Source: Phycisphaerales bacterium (GTDB taxonomy: Bacteria > Planctomycetota > Phycisphaerae > Phycisphaerales > UBA1924). From it: 61,994 nucleotides of DNA. The notes under the pieces are model-generated. The model was not told where the DNA came from. It worked only from the letters and a program-made list of their open reading frames with translations, and made no database searches. Positions 52,288 to 60,901 of the stretch are shown in pieces. The stretch covers positions 1 through 61,994 of the forward strand of contig JBJXFE010000046.1 in NCBI GenBank assembly GCA_046153875.1, in the 5' to 3' direction. Numbering within the stretch: the first letter of the stretch is position 1; each line of letters starts with the position of its first letter. The position numbers and the translations under genes are program-made.

Positions 52288-54465
52288 TCAGGGTTTCTCA
52301 TCGAGCACGTGCTCGATCGCGTCCAGCATGCCGTCGAGCCGCCGGAACACTTCCAGCACGCGCTCCTCCGCCTCGGCCACGGCCCGTGGGCTCTTGCTCT
52401 CGATCGCACGGCGCAGCAGCGGGAGCGCCTCGGAGGCGTACCCCGAGTCCGCGTCCGGCGCGACGTACGTGTTGCGGAACCACGGGCGATCGGGCAGCCC
52501 CTCCACCGCGAACCACGCCCGATCCGTCGTCATCAACATCGCGTTGACGGCGTCCAGGCGATCCTTCGCGAGTGCACCGCCCGCGACGGCTTCCAGGAGG
52601 CGGCCGTGGACTCGGCGAGCCCGGTGGTCATACGCCTGAACCACGCCGTCGAGCCGCGCCAGGTCGAGCGTCACGTCGCGCTCGGATTTTTCAAACACTC
52701 CCAGCTCCGCGCCGCGCGTGGTCAGGTCGATCAGGTGCCGGCGCGTGTCCAGCCCGTAGCGCACCGGATCGATCGGCAGCAGCGGCGCGCCCGCGAGCCG
52801 CGACGCCACCGACGTCGTCATCCGCGCGACCATCAGCGCCGGCTCGTAGTCCGACCCCACGGCCTTCCAGTACCACGGCAGCGTGTCGTACGTCGAGTGG
52901 TACGCCGAGCCCTTGGCCCCGCCCCCGCTCAGCGACGTGGACGGCACGGCGACGTGGCACCAGAACCCGACGTGATCCGACCCGCCGCCCAGCTCCCCGA
53001 ACCGCGGCAGCCCGGGGAACAGCGCATCCTCACCGCGGGCGAGCCACGCCTGGAACACCGTCTTCGTCGCGTCGCGCGGCTGCGGGACGGCCCGGGCGGC
53101 CTCGCTGACGAGCCGGCGCAGCGATGGGGCCGTGCCCACGCCGAAGTCCGGGCCCATTGAGGCCGCATCGAGGTTGATGTACGCCACGCCGCGCTCGAAG
53201 AGGTCGTCGCGCATTTTCTCCACCCACTCGGTGGACCCGATGATGCCGAACTCTTCCGCCCCCCATGCGCAGAACACCACCGACCGCGCCGGGCGCTTCC
53301 CCTGTTTCGCGGCGTCGGTCAGCGCCCGCGCCGTCTCGAGCAGCGCGATCATCCCGCACGTCGCGTCCGACGCCCCGCAGCTCCACGCGTCATGGTGGCA
53401 CCCGATCAGCACCATCCGCTCCGGCTCGGTCTCGCCCCTGAGGGTGGCGATCACGTTGAACGTCGGGATGATCTCGCGAGTCTGCTCGACTTTGAGCCGC
53501 ACCTTGAGCTCATCGCCACCCGTCACGCGGTACGTCATCGGCAGCCCGCCCTGCCACCCCTGCGGCACGGCGTCGCCTTTCATCCGCTTCATGATCTCCT
53601 GCGCCGTCCCCCACCCCACCGGCTGGACGGGGATCTTCGGCAGCCCGATCGACTCCGGGTCGAGCCGCACCGCGTCCTGCGTCGCCTCGACGAACGGCGT
53701 GAGCGGGTCGCCCGGCTGCGGCAGCGTCAGGATCGACCCCCGCTCGATGCACGTGTCGTTCGCGTACCCACCCTCGGGGTACACGATCCCCTTCACGTAC
53801 CCGGAGTCCGCCGGATCGGTGTAGATGATCACGCCCGCGGCCCCGGCGTCCTGGGCGAACTTCGCCTTGAAACCGCGGTAGTTGCCCCCATACCGCGCCA
53901 CCACGATCTTCCCTTCGACGGCGACGCCCAACTCCTTGAGCTTCTCAAAGTCCGCTTTCGCGCCGTAGTTCGCGTAGACCACGCCCGCGATCACGTCCCC
54001 CGAGCCACTGAAGGCGTTCCACCCGACCATCTGATCCGGGTGCGTGCTGAACCGGTCCTCGACGAGGTCCTGCTCCTTGACCACGAGCGAGACCCGCTCG
54101 GGCGACACGACCTCGACCGCGCACGACACGGGCCGGGCGAGCAGCGGCCAGATCGGGTGCCTCTCGACCTCCAGCCCCATCTCCGTGAACGCCGCGACCA
54201 GCCGGTCGATCTCGCGAGCGTCCCCCGGCGTCCCCGCCACGTGCGGCTCGGACGCCAGCAGCTCGTGCCACGCCAGAAGCTTCTCCGCGTTCGGCACGGC
54301 CAGCAGCGCCTTCTCGTGCGCCGCCCACGCCTCCCGCTGGTCCGCGGGCCACCAAGGAAGGACGAACTCGACCGGCTGCCCTTGCGCGACGGCCGCCATG
54401 CCGGTCACCAGCGCCGCGGTGCGCCGGAGCGCGGTAGCCGGTCCCCATTCACTATTCCACGTCAT
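52288..54465 (-). CDS. M28-family zinc peptidase with PA and transferrin-receptor-like dimerisation domains (glutamate carboxypeptidase II / PSMA-like)
   Basis: MTWNSEWGP start (ATG at 54465) overlaps the cstA stop (ATGA). Zn-ligand regions LIGCHHDAW, GAEEFGIIGSTEW and HSTYDT. PA-domain segment GKIVVARYGG. The first 290 codons of the 1015-aa track ORF are antisense to cstA. Confidence 0.8.
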   Translation of the reverse strand: MTWNSEWGPATALRRTAALVTGMAAVAQGQPVEFVLPWWPADQREAWAAHEKALLAVPNAEKLLAWHELLASEPHVAGTPGDAREIDRLVAAFTEMGLEVERHPIWPLLARPVSCAVEVVSPERVSLVVKEQDLVEDRFSTHPDQMVGWNAFSGSGDVIAGVVYANYGAKADFEKLKELGVAVEGKIVVARYGGNYRGFKAKFAQDAGAAGVIIYTDPADSGYVKGIVYPEGGYANDTCIERGSILTLPQPGDPLTPFVEATQDAVRLDPESIGLPKIPVQPVGWGTAQEIMKRMKGDAVPQGWQGGLPMTYRVTGGDELKVRLKVEQTREIIPTFNVIATLRGETEPERMVLIGCHHDAWSCGASDATCGMIALLETARALTDAAKQGKRPARSVVFCAWGAEEFGIIGSTEWVEKMRDDLFERGVAYINLDAASMGPDFGVGTAPSLRRLVSEAARAVPQPRDATKTVFQAWLARGEDALFPGLPRFGELGGGSDHVGFWCHVAVPSTSLSGGGAKGSAYHSTYDTLPWYWKAVGSDYEPALMVARMTTSVASRLAGAPLLPIDPVRYGLDTRRHLIDLTTRGAELGVFEKSERDVTLDLARLDGVVQAYDHRARRVHGRLLEAVAGGALAKDRLDAVNAMLMTTDRAWFAVEGLPDRPWFRNTYVAPDADSGYASEALPLLRRAIESKSPRAVAEAEERVLEVFRRLDGMLDAIEHVLDEKP

Positions 54466-56204
54466 GGCGCTATCCCTCCGTCTGCCTTCGCTCCGTGCGC
54501 CCGGCGCACCGCCCGCACCGACTCCACGACAAACACGCCCGCCAGCGCCAGCAGCGCGACCGCCACGCCCGCGTTGATGACCGCGGGGTCGGCCCACTTC
54601 CCGGTGTTCACGGCCACGCGCGCACCCTGGACGACCTGCAGCGCCAGCGCCGTCACCGTGATCGTCATCACGAAGAGCATGGGCCAGAACGTGTACCAGC
54701 ACCGCCGCCCCTGCCGCACGAGCCACACGGTCACCGCCAGCAGCGTCAGCGCCGCGAGCAACTGGTTCGATGAGCCGAAGAGCGTCCAGTACGGCACGTA
54801 GGCGTTCGGCTCCGAGAGCAGCAGGAACGCGAGCGGGATCGACACCGTGACGCCCGCGGCCGCCAGCCCCGCGAGCCGCCCGCTGGTCCGGAACAGCTCG
54901 CACAGGAGGTACCGCCCCAGCCGCGTTGAGACGTCGAGTGTGTCGAAGACGAACGTCGAGAACGCCATCGCCCCGAACGTCGCGCAGAACGTGAACGCGT
55001 CCTTGCCCAGCAGCAGCGTGAGGAAGCTCGCCAGCCCGTCGCCGTAGATCCGCGCCGCGGGCACGCCCTTCGTCTGCTCGGGCGCGAGGATCATCGCCGT
55101 CGAGAGCGCGATGACCGCCACGAGCCCCTCGAGCAGCATCGACCCGAACGCGACCGGCTTGCAGTGGCTCTCCCGCGCGATCTGCCGGCTGGTCGTCCCG
55201 CCGCAGATCAGCCCGTGGAACCCGCTGCACGCGCCGCAGGCGATCGTGACGAACAGGAAGGGAACGAGCAGCGTCGTGATCGGGGGCGCACCCGCGCCTC
55301 CCCGCAGCGCCGGCCAGGGATCGAGCATCCGCCACGAGGTCTCGCTGATCGCGGGCTGCCTGATCTCATACCCGCCGAACAGGATGCCAACGACACCGAC
55401 CCCGATGGCCATGTACAGGACGAACCCCCCGAGGAAGCCGCGCGGCTGCTGGAGCAGCCACATCGGGAGCATGCTCGCAATCAGGCAGTACGCGAGAATC
55501 AGACTGACCCAGGTCGAGAGCCCGAAGTTCAGGACCGAGTCCAGCCGCGTGCCCGCCCAGACGCACACCAGCGTCGCGGGCACGAAGACCGCGATGACCA
55601 GCCACATCGGTGGGCGGAAGAAGCGGTGAACCAGCCCGAGCGAGAGGGCCAGCAGCAGGTACAGCGTGCTCGACATCGCCACCGCACCGCCCTTGTTGAA
55701 CGTCGTGGCAAGGCCCTGCAGCTCCTCGGCCTTGCCGACGAACGTCCCGGCGGTGATCTGCGTGAACGCGAGGATGACGTACAGGAGCGCCAGCCAGATG
55801 AACCAGAGCAGCGCGAGCCCGGCTCTCTTCCCGAGGTTCTCCTTGGCGACTTCCGCGATCGAACACGCTCCGTGCCGCACCGATGCCACCAACGCCGAGA
55901 AATCGTGAACGGCGCCGATCAACACCACCCCGATCGCGATCCACAGCGCGCACGGCAGCCAGCCGAAGACGCCGCACGCGATAATCGGCCCGGCGATCGG
56001 CCCCGCCGCCGCGATCGCCGAGAAGTGCTGGCCCATCAGGTAGAACGGCCGCTCGGGCACGAAATCCGCCCCGTCGTTCTTCTCGACCGCCGGCGTCACG
56101 CGCGCGTCGTCCAGTCGGTACTGGCGCGCGATGTACGAGCCGTACAGCACGTACCCCGCCACCAGCACGCCGATCACCACAAGCGCCAGCATCAACAGCG
56201 ACAT
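54462..56204 (-). CDS. cstA: carbon starvation protein A (peptide/pyruvate transporter family)
   Basis: Polytopic membrane protein with the CstA N-terminal signature (YLMGQHFSAIAAAGPIAGPIIA...). ~580 aa, ~16 TM helices. Confidence 0.9.
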   Translation of the reverse strand: MSLLMLALVVIGVLVAGYVLYGSYIARQYRLDDARVTPAVEKNDGADFVPERPFYLMGQHFSAIAAAGPIAGPIIACGVFGWLPCALWIAIGVVLIGAVHDFSALVASVRHGACSIAEVAKENLGKRAGLALLWFIWLALLYVILAFTQITAGTFVGKAEELQGLATTFNKGGAVAMSSTLYLLLALSLGLVHRFFRPPMWLVIAVFVPATLVCVWAGTRLDSVLNFGLSTWVSLILAYCLIASMLPMWLLQQPRGFLGGFVLYMAIGVGVVGILFGGYEIRQPAISETSWRMLDPWPALRGGAGAPPITTLLVPFLFVTIACGACSGFHGLICGGTTSRQIARESHCKPVAFGSMLLEGLVAVIALSTAMILAPEQTKGVPAARIYGDGLASFLTLLLGKDAFTFCATFGAMAFSTFVFDTLDVSTRLGRYLLCELFRTSGRLAGLAAAGVTVSIPLAFLLLSEPNAYVPYWTLFGSSNQLLAALTLLAVTVWLVRQGRRCWYTFWPMLFVMTITVTALALQVVQGARVAVNTGKWADPAVINAGVAVALLALAGVFVVESVRAVRRAHGAKADGGIAP

Positions 56205-56302
56205 GCCCGCTCCGCACACCGGACCCGATACCGGGGGGCCGAGTGTAACGAACGCCCTCCGGCGCGAGCTACCCTCTCCCGGACGGTTTCCACGGAGGCG
56301 CC

Positions 56303-57178
56303 ATGGAACTCCTCAACCGAGCCCGTCCCGGCGACGTGGGCCTGGAGACCGCCCTGCCCGTGCACGGTGTCCCGCGCGAACGCGCGACCGACATCTGCGC
56401 CGCCCTCGCCGCCGCCGTGGAATCCGCCGGCTCGCACGCCGCCTTCATCGGCGTTCTCGCCGGGAGGCCGGTCGTCGGCCTCACGCAGGCCGAGCTGCGC
56501 TCCCTGCTCGACGCCCCGGTCGTCGCCAAGACCAACACGGCGAACTTCGGTGTGCTCATGCACCGCGCCGTCCACGCCGCCACCACCGTCAGCACCACCA
56601 TGGAGCTCGCCACCGCCGCCGGCCTTCGCGTCGTCGCGACCGGCGGCCTCGGCGGCGTCCACCGCGGCTACGCCGATCGGCTCGACATCAGCGCCGACCT
56701 GGCGGCGTTCACCCGCTTCCCCGTCGCCGTCGTCACGAGCGGCGTGAAATCCCTGCTGGATGTCGAGTCCACCCGCGAGGCCTTCGAGGCCTTGGGCGTA
56801 CCCATCGTCGGCTACCGCACCGACGCTTTCCCCGCGTTCTACCTGCGTACGAGCGACGCCCGCGTGGACGCCCGCTTTGACGACCCCGCCGACCTGGCCG
56901 ACTTCGTGCGGGCCGAGCTCGCCCGCACCGGGCGCGGCATCGTCGTGGCCAACCCCGTGCCGCACGACGCCGCGCTGGATCACCAGGACTGGGACCGCTG
57001 GCTCGCCCTGGCGACCGCCTCCGCCTCGCGCGCCTCGGGGCGGGATATCACCCCGGCCATCCTCGCCAAGGTCCACGAACTCTCGGGCGGGCGCACCCTC
57101 GAAGCCAACATCGCGCTCGCCGTGAACAACGCCCGCCTCGCCGGCGAAATCTCACACGCGATGGCCACGCGGGCGTGA
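56303..57178 (+). CDS. psuG: pseudouridine-5-prime-phosphate glycosidase family protein
   Basis: ATGGLGGVHRG, FDISADL, VAVVTSGVKSLLD, EANIALAVNNARLA match PsuG/IndA as recalled. The N-terminal ESTIISHGMP region is divergent (HGVPRERATD). No pseudouridine kinase adjacent. Confidence 0.75.
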   Translation: MELLNRARPGDVGLETALPVHGVPRERATDICAALAAAVESAGSHAAFIGVLAGRPVVGLTQAELRSLLDAPVVAKTNTANFGVLMHRAVHAATTVSTTMELATAAGLRVVATGGLGGVHRGYADRLDISADLAAFTRFPVAVVTSGVKSLLDVESTREAFEALGVPIVGYRTDAFPAFYLRTSDARVDARFDDPADLADFVRAELARTGRGIVVANPVPHDAALDHQDWDRWLALATASASRASGRDITPAILAKVHELSGGRTLEANIALAVNNARLAGEISHAMATRA

Positions 57179-57183
57179 CCCGC

Positions 57184-57678
57184 TCACGAGTTCCCGCTCG
57201 CGAGCCGCCGCACCTCTTCGAGCGTGCGGTCGAGTTGCCGCTTGAGCTGGCGCACGCGGAGCAGCGACCGCACCCGTGTCACCAGCTCCAGCTTCGCCAC
57301 CGGCTTGGTCAGGAAGTCATCCGCCCCGGACTCCACCGCCCGCTCGACGTCGCCCACTTCGTTCAACGCCGTGACCATGACCACGGGAATATCCCGCGTC
57401 TTCGGGTTCGCCTTGATCCGCGCGCACGCCTGGAACCCGCTCATCCGGGGCATCATCACGTCCAGCAGGATCAGGTCCGGCTCGCGGGCGTCGATCGACG
57501 CCAGAGCCTCCACGCCATCCCGGGCCGACCGGATCTCGCACCCGATGTCCTCGAGGTAAGCCTGGAGCAACTCCAGGTTCTGCTCATTGTCGTCCACGAC
57601 CAGAACGCACTGATCGCTGACATCAACGGTTAGGATATCGGAAGGGCTCGGCGAACTTGATCGGGAAATGTTCGACAC
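57184..57678 (-). CDS. single-domain response regulator (CheY-like receiver)
   Basis: VLVVDDNEQNLELL (Asp pair), LILLDVMMPRMSGF (phospho-acceptor Asp), VVMVTAL (Thr) and KP (Lys) receiver motifs. No output domain. Confidence 0.85.
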   Translation of the reverse strand: MSNISRSSSPSPSDILTVDVSDQCVLVVDDNEQNLELLQAYLEDIGCEIRSARDGVEALASIDAREPDLILLDVMMPRMSGFQACARIKANPKTRDIPVVMVTALNEVGDVERAVESGADDFLTKPVAKLELVTRVRSLLRVRQLKRQLDRTLEEVRRLASGNS

Positions 57679-57872
57679 TGCCGGAGCCTCCTGCGATCCC
57701 CGTCACGCCAGCCGCCGATTCCATGCCGCCCGCAAAGAATCCCACAGTCTAGCGGACCCGGCGGCGGTGGATCGGGGCCCAGACAGGGAGAATAATCCCC
57801 CATCGTCGGGGCCTGCGCCGAACGGCGCTATCTTTCGGGCGGGCAGGCTCTTAGGCACTCGCGTGTCAGGCC

Positions 57873-58334
57873 ATGAACCGCCGCAGCGTCAAACCACGCT
57901 CGTGCTGGGAAGACCGCTTCCGTGCGCCGTCGGTCTCGGAACTCCGCGGCCTGCTCTCCAAGCAGCACGTCCAGCTCTTTGACGCGGCCCGTGAAGCCCT
58001 GCTCGCGCTCGGCGGCGTCAGCGAGTCGATCGAGTGGCGCGGCGTGCCGTGGCGGTGGACCCTCGCGTTCCAAGTCGAGCCCGCACGCCCGCTCGCCTAC
58101 CTGGTCCCTCAGCCCGCCAGACCGCGCCTGGCCGTGCCCGTCACCGACGACGTGGTCGCGTCGCTCGCGGCCCGCAGGGTGTCGCGCTCGATCCGTGATG
58201 CGATCGTCTTCGCGCCGCGCGTCGGCGAGGTCCTGTGGCCGTCGTGGGAGCTGCTCGGGCGCACGCAGATCGACGAGCTGCTGGAACTCGTCCGCGCCAA
58301 GCACGACGGTGTCTGTGACGCCGTCTCGTCGTGA
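57873..58334 (+). CDS. hypothetical protein upstream of dacB
   Basis: 153-codon frame with genome-typical GC3. No recognised domain. Confidence 0.4.
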   Translation: MNRRSVKPRSCWEDRFRAPSVSELRGLLSKQHVQLFDAAREALLALGGVSESIEWRGVPWRWTLAFQVEPARPLAYLVPQPARPRLAVPVTDDVVASLAARRVSRSIRDAIVFAPRVGEVLWPSWELLGRTQIDELLELVRAKHDGVCDAVSS

Positions 58335-58480
58335 ACGGCCCGCGATTCCTGCCGACATCTTGCCCCGAGCCGCGACGCGGACCCGTTCGCCCGCCGCACG
58401 CGAGCTATCCTGCCGCGCCGCGAGTGGAGCCGCGAACGGCGGAATGCCGAAAACGTGGGATCAACCGTGGGAGGGACCTG

Positions 58481-60055
58481 ATGCCGATCCGTGTGGGTGG
58501 TGCCGTGCGCGGCGGGGTGTATCCGTGCCTGACGGCCGCGGCGATGGTCGCGGCCTGCGTTCCCCACGCCGGCGCCCAGCCCCTGAACCGCGCGATCGAT
58601 GGCCTGATCGCCACCCACAAGCTCGCCGGCGCCCGCGTCGCCGTGAGCGTTGTCGATCTGCACACCGGGGCTACACTCGCGTCCACGCGCCCGGATGAGG
58701 CAATGATCCCCGCGTCCAACATGAAGCTGCTCACCTCCGGGGCCGCCCTGGAAGTGCTCGGCGGTTCGTTCGCGTTCCGCACGGAACTGCTGCTCAGCGG
58801 CGACACGGTCGTCATCCGCGGCTCGGGAGACCCGTCGCTCGGCGACCCGGCCGCGCTGGAGCGAACCGAGCCGCGACTCGGCGTGGCCGACCTGCTGGCG
58901 CGCCTGGCGCGTGCGGTCCGCGAAGCGGGCGTCACGCGCGTGTCGCGTGTCGTCGTGGACGACCGCGTCTTCGACCGCGAACGTGTCCACCCGACCTGGG
59001 ACCGGGCCGACCTGGTGAAGTCCTACGCGGCCGAGGTCTCCGGCGTGTCGTTCCACGGGAACTTTGTCTCCGTGTTCCCCGCGCCCGCGCCCTCCGGACC
59101 GGGCAGCCCGCCGGTTGTCGCGTTCGAGCCCGAGGCTCCGTGGATCGAGTTCGAGAACAAGGCGCGGACCGGCGACAAGAGCGGAACCTCGGCGTGGGTC
59201 CTCCGGTCCGAGCACGGCGACGTGTTCACGCTCTTCGGCGAGGTCAGCGCCCGCGTCACCATCGACGTCTCGATCCACGACGCCCCGATCCACGCCGGAC
59301 GGCTGATCGCCGCGGCGCTGCTGGACGCCGGCGTGAGTGTCGGCGACGCGCCCGCGGCCACCGGCGGGCGCCGCCCGTCGACCGACCAGCTCCGGCTCGC
59401 GTTCCCTGCCGTGGAGCTCGCGGGCGACGGGGAGCGCTTCGACAAGACCCGGACGCTCGCCGTCGTCGCGGCCCCGCTCGACGACGTCATGCTCCGGTGC
59501 AACACGGACTCACGGAACCTCTACGCCGAGTGCCTGCTCAAGCGGGTCGGGCACGAGGTCACACGCGAACCGGGATCGTGGGCCAACGGCGCATCGGTCG
59601 TCCGCATGAAGCTCGCGGAGCGGCTCGGCCCCGAGTTCGCCGCGGGGGCTGTCGTCGCCGACGGGTCGGGTCTGAGCCGCGACAACAGGGTCTCCGCCCG
59701 TACCTTCACGCGATGGCTGGCGGCCATGGCCGAGTCCGACCACGCCCGCGCGTACCTCGCGTCGCTCGCCACGCCCGGGCAGGGGACGCTCCGCCGGCGC
59801 TTCCGCGGGATGTCGATGCAGAACGACCTCTACGCCAAGAGCGGATCGATCGAGGGGGTGCGCTGCCTCTCCGGCTACGTCGTGAACCCCAAGACCGATC
59901 GACGCATCGCGTTCAGCATCCTCGTCAACGACCTGCCCTCGGGGCAGAACGGCGCGGCGCTCAAGCTGCACGAGCAGGTGATCGGCGAGATCGACCAGTG
60001 GCTGTCCGCGGCCGCGGGGGTCACGGCCGGCGCGCCCGAGGACCACGGGCGGTAA
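58481..60055 (+). CDS. dacB: D-alanyl-D-alanine carboxypeptidase/endopeptidase, PBP4 (peptidase S13)
   Basis: Signal peptide, active-site SxxK (PASNMKLLT), SxN and KTG-like (KSGSIEG) motifs. ATG at 58481 after GGGAGGGACC. Confidence 0.85.
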   Translation: MPIRVGGAVRGGVYPCLTAAAMVAACVPHAGAQPLNRAIDGLIATHKLAGARVAVSVVDLHTGATLASTRPDEAMIPASNMKLLTSGAALEVLGGSFAFRTELLLSGDTVVIRGSGDPSLGDPAALERTEPRLGVADLLARLARAVREAGVTRVSRVVVDDRVFDRERVHPTWDRADLVKSYAAEVSGVSFHGNFVSVFPAPAPSGPGSPPVVAFEPEAPWIEFENKARTGDKSGTSAWVLRSEHGDVFTLFGEVSARVTIDVSIHDAPIHAGRLIAAALLDAGVSVGDAPAATGGRRPSTDQLRLAFPAVELAGDGERFDKTRTLAVVAAPLDDVMLRCNTDSRNLYAECLLKRVGHEVTREPGSWANGASVVRMKLAERLGPEFAAGAVVADGSGLSRDNRVSARTFTRWLAAMAESDHARAYLASLATPGQGTLRRRFRGMSMQNDLYAKSGSIEGVRCLSGYVVNPKTDRRIAFSILVNDLPSGQNGAALKLHEQVIGEIDQWLSAAAGVTAGAPEDHGR

Positions 60056-60070
60056 CCCAACGGACGCCGG

Positions 60071-60258
60071 TTACAGCCCCAGCTCCCTCCACCGCGCGCG
60101 GCCCGGTCCTGCATCTCGCGCGACATGCGGATGATCGGCGGCCAGTCGCGCACGGGCTGGCCGTGGCGCTCGTCGCCCCGGAGCTTGGGGGTGGCGTCGA
60201 ACGCGATGCGCCGCCCGCAGACGCTCACCGAGCGGTCACGGTCCGGGGATGAGTTGGC
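60071..60258 (-). pseudogene. decayed duplicate of the 3-prime end of the UbiD-family gene (last ~60 codons), 1-bp frameshift relative to the intact copy
   Basis: ~80% nucleotide identity to 60902-61090 (e.g. identical 29-mer gacatgcggatgatcggcggccagtcgcg). Translation ...SSPDRDRSVSVCGRRIAFDATPKLRGDERHGQPVRDWPPIIRMSREMQD, then frameshifted versus intact ...SSPDRDRHLSKCGRRVAFDATPKLPGDERHGHPVRDWPPIIRMSKDMQDHVARRWGELGL*. Confidence 0.6.
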
Positions 60259-60366
60259 ATGGGCCAGGTCCGCGGTACATGCTGCTGATTCCGGCAACAG
60301 AGTCAGGAGCCGCCGTGCCCGCGCGAAGTCCCAAGCCGGGGAACGAAAGGGGAGAATGCGGCGTGC

Positions 60367-60843
60367 TCAGCGGCCGCGTGGGGGCTGGCGTTTCTCGGCG
60401 GGTCTCCTGGGCCTCTTCTTGCCCGACACCGCCCTGATCTGCATGACGCCGCGCTTGGTCTTGGTGTCGAAAGGCGTCGGCGAGGCGGCGGCGGCGCGGA
60501 TGAGGCGTTTGACGACCGGCTTGTCCAAGTCGGCGGCCGCGGCGAGGCGGAGCCAGCGGACCTGGTTTCCGCCGCCCTGCAGCAGCCCGTCCGGGTCCGC
60601 CAGGTCCACGCCCCAGATGAAGCAGAGCGTGACGTGGTCCGTGTAGATCGCGATCGAGACCACAGCCTGCGAGGCGCGGTCCGTCGCGCCGAAGCCGATC
60701 ACCAGCGCGTAGGCGTTGTCGTAGACCATCTGCACGGCGCCGGGGAGGAGGCGGCGCACGCGGGCGAGGGCGCCGCGCGCGACCCGGGCGACCGGGGGCG
60801 AATACTCGCCGATGAACTCCTCGAGTTGCTGACGCGGGGTCAC
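60367..60843 (-). CDS. DUF1801-family (YdhG-like) small protein located between the two ubiD 3-prime-end copies
   Basis: Matches E. coli YdhG topology as recalled (LEEFIGEYSPPVARVARGALARVRRLLPGAVQMVYDNAYAL...TDHVTLCFIWG). Probable GTG start at 60843. The track ORF is extended 69 codons. Confidence 0.5.
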   Translation of the reverse strand: MTPRQQLEEFIGEYSPPVARVARGALARVRRLLPGAVQMVYDNAYALVIGFGATDRASQAVVSIAIYTDHVTLCFIWGVDLADPDGLLQGGGNQVRWLRLAAAADLDKPVVKRLIRAAAASPTPFDTKTKRGVMQIRAVSGKKRPRRPAEKRQPPRGR

Positions 60844-60901
60844 GAGGGCAGAGTCTAACAGAGCAGAAGAACGGCACACCGGCGTGTCGTGCCATCCGCC
60901 G

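Noticed and set aside
52288-55335. 1015-aa ORF looking like a giant fusion protein
   Set aside because: Codons 1-290 are antisense to cstA (Arg/Gly/Asp-rich, no domain). The M28 peptidase starts at the ATG at 54465, overlapping the cstA stop.
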